Shown here in pieces: positions 1 through 12,539 of a stretch of 64,000 nt of DNA. The stretch covers positions 15,934,001 through 15,998,000 of the forward strand of contig CM106586.1 of assembly GCA_048013815.1 (NCBI GenBank), given 5' to 3'. The DNA is from Setoptus koraiensis. Lineage: Eukaryota; Animalia; Arthropoda. The translations under genes and the position numbers were made by a program. Every line of letters starts with the position of its first letter. The stretch's first letter is position 1. The notes beneath the pieces are model-generated. The model was not told where the DNA came from, made no database searches, and was given only the letters and a program-made list of their open reading frames with translations.

Positions 1-84
1 CGCTATCTCGGGCGTGCGATCTCACGTTACCTGTCTGCGGCTGTTGCTGTTGGGCTGTGTCGCAAAGTTGGCCAGTGTTTGCGA

Positions 85-459
85 CAGTTTGCCGTCAGTT
101 TGCCGTCAGTTTGCCGTCAGTTTGCCGTCGGTTTGCCGTCAGTTTGCGGGCTCTCACAGCCTGCGAGTCGCAGGTCGTCGGCTGGAGGCTGCACGGCGCG
201 AAGAAGCTTCGACGCGATTCGACGCGATTCGACGCGATTCGACGCGAAGGAAATTCGAAGCGAGGAAGCTTCGAGAGAACGCGCTACAAGTGTCTGCTTA
301 CAGGTGCGCGCATGCAGTGGACGCAGTCGGCTCGTCACTGGCCCTCGTTAGTGGCGCACAGACTGGGCATCGTTAGTGGCACAGACTGGGCATCGTTAGC
401 GGCACAGACTGGGCATCGTTAGCGGCACAGACTGGCCCTCGTTAGTGGGGCAGACTGGC
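85..459. repeat. Three adjacent minisatellite arrays (11-bp CAGTTTGCCGT, 10-bp TTCGACGCGA, ~23-bp GACTGGGCATCGTTAGYGGCACA)
   Basis: Read directly: about 5.5 copies at 85-147, about 4 at 208-247 and about 5 at 338-459. They explain the spurious ORFs 14..376, 57..422 and 79..351. Confidence 0.9.
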
Positions 460-887
460 CGGGCGACTGGCACAGAGCGAGGAGACGAGAGCAACAAGTT
501 GTCGTTTATAGGACACACCTGTTGCGAGGACGCTGCAACGAACCAAATATAAACAACAAGCATACGAAACACAAACAACAAGCGAGCGAAATATAAACAA
601 CAACGAGAAGCCATTGCGCAACAGACAAACAGATAATAAGTTGGCCAGGTGACACTTGTCGTTGTATGTGTGCGCGACAACACGACAGTGACAACAAGTT
701 GTTGTTAGTTAGTTTAAAGTGGTTGGCAAGCCGCATTGACAAGACGCTGGTTGTTGTTGTTGTAACAGAGTTGTTGTTGTTTAATGTATTAAATGTTGTT
801 GTATATCAAGCGACAAGAAGCTGACCAGCTGACGAGTGTGTCGACGGTGGCACTGGGCCGACTGGCATGTTACCTGTGTGTTGGTAT

Positions 888-1017
888 AGTTTTAGTCGGT
901 GTAGTCGCAGTCGGCGTAGTCGCAGTCGGTGTAGTCGCAGTCGGTGTAGTCGCAGTCGGTGTAGTCGCAGTCGGTGTAGTCGCAGTCGGTGTAGTGATAG
1001 TCGGTGTAGTTATAGTT
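888..1017. repeat. 15-bp minisatellite (GTAGTCGCAGTCGGT)n
   Basis: About 8 copies, degenerating at both ends. Confidence 0.9.
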
Positions 1018-1723
1018 ATTATGCAACAAGCGACAAGCAACAAGCTCGAGCTGCGAGCTACAAGCGTTGCGACAAGCAACCACTTGTAGCTTGTTGTGTC
1101 TGTATATTATGTATTATATATTACATAATGTGTGTGTGTTGGCTTGGCCAGATGGCAGCGACAGTTTGTGTGTCGCTGGCTCGTTGTGTCACTATCTGTC
1201 TGTCGTTGTGATAGTAATAATAATAGTAATAATGTTACTGTTGTTGTGTAATATCAACAACAGCTGACAGTGGCGTCATACAATGACTGTATAGTATGAC
1301 TGTCATAGTGACTGACATAGGCTGCCTATGACATAAGCGCATTACATAAGCGGGGCGTCGCTCAAACCATTATACAACAAGCTAACAACAACGATAACGA
1401 CAACGACCAACAAACAAACAAACAAACACACAGACGGACAGACAAACAGACGATTAGACGAACAGACGATTAGACGAGCAAACAAACAAACAGACGAACA
1501 AACAGACAGACGGACGAACAAACAGACAGACGGACAGTTGGTCGGATAAGGCGGATAAGTTTATCTGCTGGCGAGGGATAAACGAGCCAGCACGAATGCC
1601 ATTAATAAGCAGCGAGCAGCAGCCAGTAATGATAATAATAATTAATGAGTTAATGTAATAATTAGCCTCTGACTTGTGCGACTTCTTTACGGCTTGTCTT
1701 GGCTTTTTGGCGCTGCTTGGCGC

Positions 1724-2120
1724 TCGCTTATCGGCGCTCGCTTATCGGCGCTCGCTTATCGGCTGTCGCTTATCGGCGCTGCCCGTCGCCGCCCGGCGCT
1801 GTTGCCCTGGCGAGCGGATAATGCGCCGGCCCGAGCGCCTCGTCGCCAGACCGCGCTCACACTGCGAGCCGCCGAATCGGTGCAAACACGCCGAGCCGCG
1901 GCCGCTCGAAGCGGCCGCCCGTTCGCACAGGTGAGTTCGGCGCGCCCGTGCGCGCCGGCGAGTCCGCGCAGGCGAGTTCGCGCAGGCGAGTTCGAGCAGG
2001 CGAGTTCGCGCAGGCGAGTTCGAGCAGGCGAGTTCGAATGCTCGAAGCGGCTGTTCGCGCCGGTGAGCTCGCACAGGTGAGTTCGAATGTTTGAATGCTC
2101 GAAGGCTCGAACGTTCGAAG
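1724..2120. repeat. GC-rich tandem arrays (14-bp CGGCGCTCGCTTAT; GCAGGCGAGTTCG-type units)
   Basis: About 4 copies at 1724-1780 and degenerate GGCGAGTTCG units at about 1955-2120. Confidence 0.85.
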
Positions 2121-4672
2121 GCTCGAAACAAGCTGGCAACAAATGGAATAAAATCGAGCGACGGCCAACAAGTGTCCAGCAGGCAACAAACGCGGTGCGT
2201 GTGTCTATAAATAAACGATAATCGCCATCGTTTATTTATACACACACACACACACAAACTCACCTGTGCGCACACAATGCACACACAATACTCACAACAC
2301 ACACAATGCGCACCATATAGGACGAAAGGCAACAAGTGGCCAAGTTTGTTTACCTGGCCACTTGTGTATCATGATGCAGCCAGCAAAACAGAGCAAAAGC
2401 AGCAACAGCCATTATCAATCATCGTAAAATGCGCAACGACACACACCAAAGCCGCTGACTTGTGAGATAACCTGTGCAACCTGTTAATTAATTTCCTTCC
2501 TTTTCGTCCGCCAACAAACAAACTTGTTGCGCCGACTAACTATCTCGATTATTGCCTGCCCGACGCTCGCTGCCATTATGCGCCACTTTTACCGCCTGTG
2601 TCTCCCCCATTTTACCACCTGTTTTAGCTGCATTTTAGCTGTGTTTTGGCTGGCTTTTCGGCTGCATTTTACCTGTATTTTGCCTGTATTTTAGCTGCAT
2701 TTTAGCTGTATTTTGGCTGTGTTTTAGCCGTGTTTTAGCCGTGTTTTAGCCGTGTTTTAGCTGCTTCGTTTAGCTGCTGTTGGCGGTGAGCGCTTTCCTC
2801 TGTTTCGTTGGCTCCTTTGGCTTCTTTTGGCGCTTTCAATTTGCCCCTCGAAACTACTGTCAGCGGTCGCTTTGTTCGCTTTAGTTTCGGCTTAGTTTTA
2901 TCCCGACAACAAGCGCACAAACGCCGCACAGCTAAACGCCGACAGGTAAAGGTAAACAAATAAACAAAGCTCTATATTCTAATGAGCGTAATTACCGGCC
3001 GGTGTCATTGTTCATTAATTGGCGCGCATTAGTCACTGTTGCTGCAAATGGTCGCTTGTCCGCAACAATCATTGTTATTACATACGGCTATTATATACGG
3101 CGCTTCTGTGCATCAAATCGCAAGTGTCAGTGCGATGCATTTAGTGCAATCCCGCGCTAAATATATCGCACCAGCACTTGCGATAATTATCGCATCTATC
3201 ATAGACATTTATTATAGACACTTATTGTAGAGATTTGGCCATTCGAATGGATAATTATCTCGCGCTAACGTGCGGCCATTGTTGTTTGCGCAATGGCAAA
3301 TGCTCACGTATAATCATTAGCGACGTATCATCGCTAATCACTCATTGGGCAACCTAATCGATTAGGTGGCGCCACTCGGACATTGTTGTTGTTGCTGCTG
3401 CTGTTGTTGTTGTTGTCGTTGTTGTCGTTGTTGATGTTGTTGTCGTTGTTGATGCTGTTAAGACATAATCAACGGCTTAACATCAGCAGATTAGATAGCA
3501 AATCTACTTATATCAACCGATATTAACTGGTATTAACTGCACAGCAAATGGTATCAAGCGAATCGCATGAATTGGCTCGCAAAAACATATAAGCTCACTC
3601 ACGTGAACACACGGACACAAGTGGCTGCTTTTGATGACATAACTTTGATGACTCCAATAGCTTGGTCTCATGACCTCAACAGTTTGTGTAGCTTGTTACA
3701 TAACTATGCCCATATGCTTATATATGGCGATAATAATATAAAATAAAATATAATTTAATTATCATCGCAATCATCGCTTAACTAATCAATTGAGTCACAA
3801 CTAAAAGTTGTTGCTCGACGCTCACAGCTACATGCTCGATAATGAGCTCGTCGTATCTAGTTATAAGCTCGCCATATCTGGTTATGAGTTGCCCAATGAT
3901 TACACACTGACGAGATGTGTCGCGATGCATTATTTAAGTTATTTATATCAGATCGATTTGAGAAGCGATCTGATTTGGTCAAATTTGCTGCTATCTGGCC
4001 GGGCGCCGTCTCATGGCAGCTATCAGATGCCGCTGTCGGCCAAATAGCCAGCCATTACAGGGTATTTAACAGAGGCTATTTGACAGAGGCTATTCAATAG
4101 AGGCTATTTAATAGAGGTTCTTTAACAGAGGGTATTCAACAGAGGGTATTTAACAGAGGTTATTCAAAAGAGGGTATTCAAAAGAGGGTATTTGTATCAA
4201 GTCTGACGTGTTGTTCACCTTATTTTATATAATTTTATACACGATATACGATTGATGGCATTTCATCGACGCCACACTTCATCTGAAGTATACAGTGCAC
4301 CTAAAGTATACATTGCATCTGAAGAATTGCAGCGAAGCAGCCACTTGGGCGCAGAACGTTGAGGCATCAGCGTCCAATTTATGCAAATCTCGTTCCGATC
4401 AAATTCGAGAATTTACTACTAATAATAATTTTTACTTATAATCACAATTATGATTAAATTTGACTTAAAATCAATTCATAATTATGAAATGTCGCAGCGA
4501 CCATGGGTTGCGCGCTAATAGTGCACGCAACAGCCGAAAGGGGTCCCGCGAAATGGGTTTCGCGAAACGGGTCGTGCCGGCGAAGTGGGTTGTGCCGTCG
4601 AAATGGGCCCAGAGCAAGTGGCCAAAAGGTAAATGAATGCGGATAAAATGATGAACTCGCGATGAAACGCGA

Positions 4673-4733
4673 GTTGATCATTTTGAGCGAGTTGATCATT
4701 TTGAGCGAGTTGATCATTTTGAGCGAGTTGATG
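4673..4733. repeat. 18-bp minisatellite (GAGTTGATCATTTTGAGC)n
   Basis: About 3.5 exact copies. Confidence 0.9.
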
Positions 4734-6329
4734 AATTGAACGCAGTGGTCAGTTTGTTGTTGAGGCGGGCAGCCGATTGATTGGGCACGGAGTCAAGTTG
4801 AACTTATCTCGTGTTTGCATCGTGCCCATGGATACAATGTGCCCAAACATGATACACGTCTGATTTCATCGACAGCGCCAACGGCCGAGCCTGGACATAC
4901 ATCGACTTCAAGCTGAGCCGGCCTCGATAATCTCTGGGCTACATCTCGTGGCTGTCGTGTCGTGCGTTGTGTGTGTGTGTGTGTGTGTGTGTTGTTTGCT
5001 GTTTGTTGTTTGTTTTTTGTTGCTGTCGTCGCCAGCTTTGACAACAACGACAACGACAACACGGCCACCGCTGGCTCACAACAAGTGCCACACAATCTCA
5101 ATTGGAATCAGTCGAACTGGCCGCTCACCTGTGCTGTCAGTGCGTGCCACTGCTCACCTTGATAGTGCTCACCTTGCTAGTGCTCACCTTGCTGGTGCTC
5201 AGCTTGATAGACGCGCCGATAGAGACGGCGACAGATACAGCGATAGATACAGCGATCGATAGATACAGCCGGCGCAAAGGAATGCAGCTCTGGCACCAGC
5301 AACGCCAGCACAAGGCACCAAAATGGCCCAACTGAACCGACATTCCTGGCGTGTCAGACGCGACACAACCAATTGACACAACCAATTGACACAACCGGAC
5401 AACCAAACAACCAAACGAGCAACCGAACAACCAAACGAGCAACCAAACAAGCAAACAAGTGAGCAAACAAGCAAACAAACAAACAGCGCCAAGTGCCAAC
5501 AACGACAGCCACACACAAACAACGGCGACAAGTGTGCTCGACAGCAACAAGTGAGTTTGCTCGGGCTCAAAAATGCCCCTCGCTGCCGACCGGTCACTCA
5601 GCGGTCACTGTTGCCGCTTCGAGCGCCCGCTATTCACCGACCATGTAATACTGTAATAAGACTGTTCACTCGCTCGGTCATTTCGCGGCCACTAGTGAGA
5701 CCCGAGCCAAGATTTTTCGTTTGTCCCGAAAATTTATCCGTTTTTTTATTTATTCTGAAAATTTATCCGCTCTTTATCTATCGTGAAAATTTATCCGTTT
5801 TTTCAATTGTCGTGATCGGAATTTGCAACTCGCCCCGGCCAACGCCGCCGCACTGTGTCTCGAAATCGGCAAAGGGGTCGACTCGGCACTTGGCCATCGT
5901 ATCTGGTCGAGAGGGGGCGCGCCATCTGCGCACCGTCGCTGAATTTCAGCAGCCGAGCGTCGATGATACCGGCCACAAAATGATATAAACAAAATGATAT
6001 AGATAAAATGATACAAATAAAATGATACAAATAAAATGATACAAAGTTGACACAAAGTTTATACGTGAGGTTGATGAAGTGAGCGCCAGGTGAGCTCACC
6101 TGTGCCGTGTGCAGCTGTTGGCAGTGTTGGCACTGCTGACCGGTGGCCAGAGTGCGCGGGGTCGTGCACGAAAATGTGCCGGCCAATGTTGACAGAGATA
6201 ATGTCAAATGGAGCGAGTCAACAGGCGCCTCATTACAAGTCGCTAATGAGCGAAGACTCATTAGATTAGAACTGGAACAGCTGACGCAGCAACTTGTCCG
6301 CTGCTCATCGACTGAAACTTGGCCAGCAA

Positions 6330-6490
6330 CGACAACGACGACGACGACAACAACAACAACAACAACGACGACGACACCACATATACACACAAACAACAAC
6401 ATTGACACGCAAATTGAGACGCCAATCAAGTGGCCAGAGTGGCCAGAGTGGCCAGAGTGGCCAGAGTGGCCAGAGTGACCAGAGCGGCCA
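6330..6490. repeat. (ACG/ACA)n microsatellite followed by 9-bp (AGTGGCCAG)n array
   Basis: Read directly; translates as poly-T and WPE repeats in the ORF track. Confidence 0.85.
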
Positions 6491-8524
6491 GAGCTCCGTC
6501 CAATCACTGTGGCAGTGAGTGGACACGGCAGCCCAGTTACACATTGGCCGCAGTGAGTCAGTTATAAACAAACATAAAAGCGAGAATGTCTCATCTGCGA
6601 GACGTTGCCAGCGCCAGCAGCTAGATGTGTGCGGATTGGGCAGCGTTTTTATCCGAGTTTTTATCCACCGAGCACCGAGCAGCGAGCACGACGAGCACTC
6701 ACACGAATATTTAATGTTGCTCGATTTGGCGATAAATCTGTGCCAGGCCGGCGTTATCGTCACCGATGATCTAAACGATTCTTATCTAAACGTCGTCTTA
6801 TTCCTCGTCCTATCATACCAATCAAAATCAAAAGCTTGTATGCAGCATTAGTGGCAGCATAAAACAGACGACACAAACAAACAAACATTGTGTAGACTCA
6901 TTAAAACATATATAAGCTTATAACTTATCTCTGGGCGAATAGTCGCCACATCGGGATGACATATAGTGGAGATGACAATCGTTGCAACGCCACTAATGCC
7001 CTCTCTTCGCACTCTATATCGCTGCCCATCTCCATTTCTGTGGGCATCTCCATGTCGCTGGCCCTGATACCGGCCCGTCGCTGGCCGGATTTGCGCCCAC
7101 CGGACAGCGACGGGCCGGACGGCCGATGCGCATTGACAAGTGCGCCGTCATGGCCAGCGTCGGAGATCTCGGCAGCCATGCGAGCATGTAAACATGGGCC
7201 ATTTGAACGAGATTGTGCGCAATCAAAAGTGAGCGCTAAATCAATGTCCGCCCGTCCACAAATCCGAACAGTTTATTTTGGTCTCGTTTTTGGCAGCCGC
7301 CGTCGGATGCCGCTCGGGTCAAACTTGTGGCCGCGGCAAAATCGTTGCTAGCGTCGCAAGTCGCGACAACAATTTCAGTGATCGATGGGCGACAGGTTGT
7401 CGGCCGGTGACGTTCGGGCCGCTTCTCGACAACTATTTGACACGCAGCGGATCCTCGACTCTCAAAGACTCGAGAGTCTTGGCTCACGAGACGCTCGTCC
7501 GCGCAAACACTCTGAGCATTTCATAGATGCAGCATCAGAAAAATGGGCCGAAACGGGCCGAAATGGGATAAAATGCGATGAAATGGGGCGAAATGGGATG
7601 GAATGGGGCGAAATGGGATGAAATGGGGCGAAATGGGATAGAATGTTGCCAAATGGAACAAAAATGGAATCGCCTCGATACTCTTGAGTCGAGGCTCGAG
7701 TCGAGGCTCGAGTCGAGACTCTCGGGTCGAGAGCCGTAAAAGCCCAGAGGGATGGATGGGCAGCCAAAGAAAATGCCCCGGTTGGCTTGTGGCGAAAAGG
7801 TGGCGAGCAGCTCGGACGATAGAGGGCACTTTAGGTTAACGAGTACAGTATCTATAGAGTATAAAGTATAGTAGAAAAGTTGGGACACAAGCGCAAGCTG
7901 ATGATGATTAGATTTATCTTATGATTAATCTAATCATTTGCGCTCGCTCCAATTACTTTCATCCTAATGGCTTCGATTGGATTGGTTTGGTCAAGTGAGC
8001 CGCCATCAATTGGGCCTGTCGCAAGTGCACTTGTGTTCGGCTGGTGGTCCACCGGCACACTGTGGAATATCTGACAAAAACTTTGTTTGTGTCCACTAAC
8101 AGACTAACACACTTGTGACCACCACTGGCCAGTGGTGCCACGGCTCCAAGTCAGCGGATAATGGCCGATCAACAGTTGCACACATAGCCATAGATAAATA
8201 GATAAATAGATAAAAAGATCAATAGATAAAAATAAAATGATTCGCACAACAAGAATAAACAAAATAACAACAAGTGCGCCAAATAATCATCGTTGCCCAT
8301 CAATGTTGTCTCACTGGCACCAGCAAATTGTTACCTGTTGTCATTCGGGCGGCCACCGCCAGTCGCCACCGTCCTTTGGCAAACTCGGCGTCCAAAGGAT
8401 CGCAACTTGTCGGCCCTTTGACACTTTGGCCCCTCCGGCCACCTTGGCCCCTCTGGCCACTTTGGCCCCTTTGGCCGGTTGCGTCGATGGCTGGTCGGCC
8501 CAATCGTCGTCATGGCCACAAATC

Positions 8525-8615
8525 GACAAAAATCGGCAAAAATTGACGAAAATCGGCAAAAATTGACGAAAATCGGCAAAAATTGACGAAAATCGGCAAA
8601 AATTGACGAAAATCT
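8525..8615. repeat. 20-bp minisatellite (AAAATCGGCAAAAATTGACG)n
   Basis: About 4 copies. Confidence 0.9.
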
Positions 8616-11600
8616 CGGCTGATTTGTGGCGATCATTTAGTGATTTAGCAAGCAATTTATTTGTTTTCAAAAACAAACAAACTGGTGCTTGTCACCCGGT
8701 TGCGAGCGCCATCTGGGAGCGTCGCGCGCAGTCCGCCGGATAAATGGAAAAATGGACGAGCGGACAGACGGATAAACGAATAAATGGATAAACGAATAAA
8801 TGGATAAACGAATGAATGGATGAACGGACAAACGGACGGACGGACGGACAAATGGATAAATAGATATAAATAAACGCTCGAGTGAGCCGGACAAGGGTCG
8901 CAATTGAGCAATCATTCACAATTTGGGCCACAGTTGGCAGCGATTCATGGAATTGCGTTTGCTGAGAACAAACACAAACAGCGAGATTCCATGAATTGAT
9001 TCTTTTGCGTGCGCGAATTCGCAGCGTTTCACTCAGCGATATTTGTGTTATTTTTAATTTTGACGTCGTGCAACTCAAAGTTTGACCAGCGGCCAGCGGC
9101 TGGCTTCCGTTTGTGTGGCTCGAGCCAAACAACAAACAACAGCTCACTCGACTGTCGGCCGATGTCGTGAACCGTTGCGAGCCAACGGACAGCAGCAGCA
9201 ACAACAAGTGCACACTTATTATTGCCGGCGATTCTCGGAACGTCGCTCGAGAACGAGTCGCGAAGCCAACGAATGGGCAAACGAACGGCCAAAAGAACGG
9301 CCAAACGAACGGGCAAACGAACGGGCCAACGAACGGGCAAACGAACAGTCAAATCATTCGACTCAAATGAAGACGCATGATGAATCGCAAACAACTTGTC
9401 GTCAATTGGCAAGTCGAGCGTACACTCCATTTGCGATGTTTATGCAGATCGGCGAGGCTCCCACGCCTATAAAGTTTAAATTGGTATAAACCCGCAAGAC
9501 AGCGACATCTAATGGCCGTGGTGCGTCGCGATTCGCGAATAGTCGAATAGCAGTGGAATGGAGTTGAGTGCAGTTGTTTGCTGCAAATGATAGTTGTCGT
9601 CATCACGGATGATTAACTTGTCACTTGTTTTGTGAACCAAGCAAAAGTAAATTTGTCGCGCAAACATCATGCAAACAATCATCAATCTTTCACAGATTAA
9701 TGATTGTTTTCGCTCATTAGTGACTAGTTAATAGATGGCTTAAATCTCTTATTTATCTATCAGCTGTAGCCAAGTCTCAATAGTAAACTGGCAGCCACTC
9801 TCAATAGTCAACTGGCAGCCATCGACTGTTATCAAGGAGTCAAGTGTTTCTGTTTTCGTCAACAATCTGGCGATTTAGTCAACATTGACAGCTGTTCTAT
9901 ATTATACTATTCGTATATTATATTATTCGTATATTATATTATTCGTATATTATATTATTCGTATATGTATATTATCATATACATGTACTGTATGTATCGT
10001 ATGTTACTTATTATACATGTATATAAGTAAGTATAATAAGTAGGGTGTAGTGGGCCAACATTGCCATGGCACGACAACGCCGGCGATGACATTGTGGCGA
10101 CGCATTCGCGAACCCTTCGCCCCTTCGCATGTGTCGCCCAACTAACTGAGGCTAGTTATTGCTAATTACTGTTTTTATTGCATAAGACTAAATTAACGTA
10201 ACATGATCACTCGTCGAGACGCTCACAAAGTCACTTTGTCAACCACAAAGTGCTGCTCAACTTGAATTGCACCATTCCCAAATGAGCCAGTTGCTCAAAA
10301 CATACACGCCATATGACATAGTAAGTTAGGCAAATATCCATATAGGCCATGACGTAATGAGCAGACTTGCCTAATCTATTAATGTATAATAACATAACAT
10401 GTCAAGTTGTCATTCAAATTGACAAATTACAATCGAGCCAGCAAAATCGAGCTCAACATGCTGCCAGCGAAGAAGGAATAAAAGTAAAATTGCATTGTAA
10501 TTGTCGTTGTTGTTGTTGTTGTTGTTGTTGTTTATTTGTTTGTCTCTTGCTAGTCTCTTGGCAGTGCTCGACAGTCGTTGCACTGTGTGATCTAAATAAT
10601 AATTAATAATTATCTAGCGATCATAACAGCTTAACAGGCTCGCTCGAGCGTTGGCGTCACAAGGCATCGGTGGCTCACTGTTGCGCAATAGTGTTAAGCG
10701 CTGATAGTTAGTGAGTGGTTAAACCAAACAACAAACATTGTTTATGTGCCATCTTATTTACACCTAACTCGGCCTCTTGTGCAACTACAACGACACTTAT
10801 AACTACAACTACACTTACGGCTACAACTACACTGTTGTGACTGTAACTACACTTATAACTATACTTATAACTATAACTATTTGTCGGTAGTAAACAGTCT
10901 CGAAGATTCCCAGCCAAGATATGATTACAATCGTTGCGCAATGCCTTTTCTGTTATTGTTGTTGCTGTCGTTGTTGCTGTTGTTGTTGCTGTCGTTGTTG
11001 CTGTTGTTGTTGCTGTTGTTGTTGTTGGCGCACTAAATTAGGCTAACACATTGGTTGTATCTCGCACAACCTATATGCGCGATACGTAATGGGTGACTAG
11101 AGCAGATAACTCAACATTTGAGAGAGCATTCCAGCAGTATGTATGCATATTGTATGAATGGCATATCATTGAGCGTATCAATTGATTGATTGTAGTTACA
11201 CAATGAAACATAATAGTAATAATAAAATAGATTTTCCCATGCACTGTTGTTGTTGTTGTTGTTGCTCATGTTGTTGTTGTTGTCGTTGTTGCTGTTGCTG
11301 TCGTGTTAATGCTATTATGATTGCTGTCGTGAACTCTGGATCATCCGTTTCATTTTCGTTTTTGTTTTTGTTCTTGTCTTCGCTTGTTTCCACTATCTCG
11401 CCATGATGATTATGTAACCCGTTTTTCTATCGGTGCACTGGCTCATTGATGGATCGATGCCGAGATGGATTGATTGATTGACGGATTGATTGATTGATCG
11501 GTGAGACGGTGGGCTCTTGAACAAGCAAAAATAACCACACAACAAATCTCTCTTTTATCCTCGCTTCTATCAATCACATATCTCTGCTGGCGCAAATAGT

Positions 11601-12539
11601 TGCAAAGTCAAATAGTATTATGATGAATGGAGCAGACAAGACAAAAATAAACTCATTTCGACAGTGATCGACTAATGACGACACACACTAAAAGCAATAG
11701 ACGGACAGGATTTAGGCCACTTCTTTTGGGCTCTGTTGGCGATATATTATCTGCCTACTCGTCAGCTAATTATCTATGCGATTACGCATGCTGCTGATAC
11801 CGATGCCAAATGATGATCACGATAAATCGTTTGTTTCATTGCTGCGATTGCGTATGTTTGCTGAAGAATAACAAACACTATTATAAAAGCAAATATTATT
11901 AACATAATCTCATCATCCCAAATAGACAAAATCGTGACTCCATATCTTACATTGTTTGTGATCTATTGCTTGACACGGTTTGACGAATTGCCATTGATTG
12001 CACACTGACCCACCACTTGGCACTACAACGGCAACACCAATATGGCACGACGTTCGGGCCGGCCCGACACAGACGACATATACGAAAGAGAGACGCCATC
12101 TGGCGGCCGCAACTTGCAAAGATATATTATGTAATAACAGGTCATCATACACAGGTAGACACACCACGCCCGCTGACAACTATTCAAGCCTCAACAGGTT
12201 TCGTAGCTAGCTTAACAATTGTAAATGAAAGGAAACTCGCACACGGTGCGAGCACTAATTAATTAAGTGCGATGGCATTTATTTACTTGATTGCAAATTT
12301 ATTTGATTATGCCTTAGGAGAACTAAATATTGACTTGTTGCATAATGGGATGGAACGGTAGTAGTGTTTTATAGTAATAATAATAATAAAATGTGCATGC
12401 GTTGTCGTTGCACATTGTGTCACAATCACACTGATGGACGCGAATAAATTCAATCACAGTTGGCTTATATAATACATAGTTATATAGCTGGTAGTTAGTT
12501 GGTTGTTTGTTTGTTTGCAATTGCGTTGTTGTTTCATAG

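Noticed and set aside
338-459. 23-bp direct repeats that could suggest a CRISPR array
   Set aside because: The units abut without unique spacers, there are no cas genes, and the context is eukaryotic.
2630-2765. TTTTAGCC/TTTTAGCT arrays resembling telomeric repeats
   Set aside because: The unit is a degenerate 10-11-mer, not TTAGG, and the array is internal.
14-9606. Many 60-234-aa ORFs in the left block (e.g. 14..376, 5386..5988, 5803..6507, 8692..9213)
   Set aside because: They are stop-free readings of tandem repeats on both strands, mostly with TTG/GTG starts and no recognisable domain.
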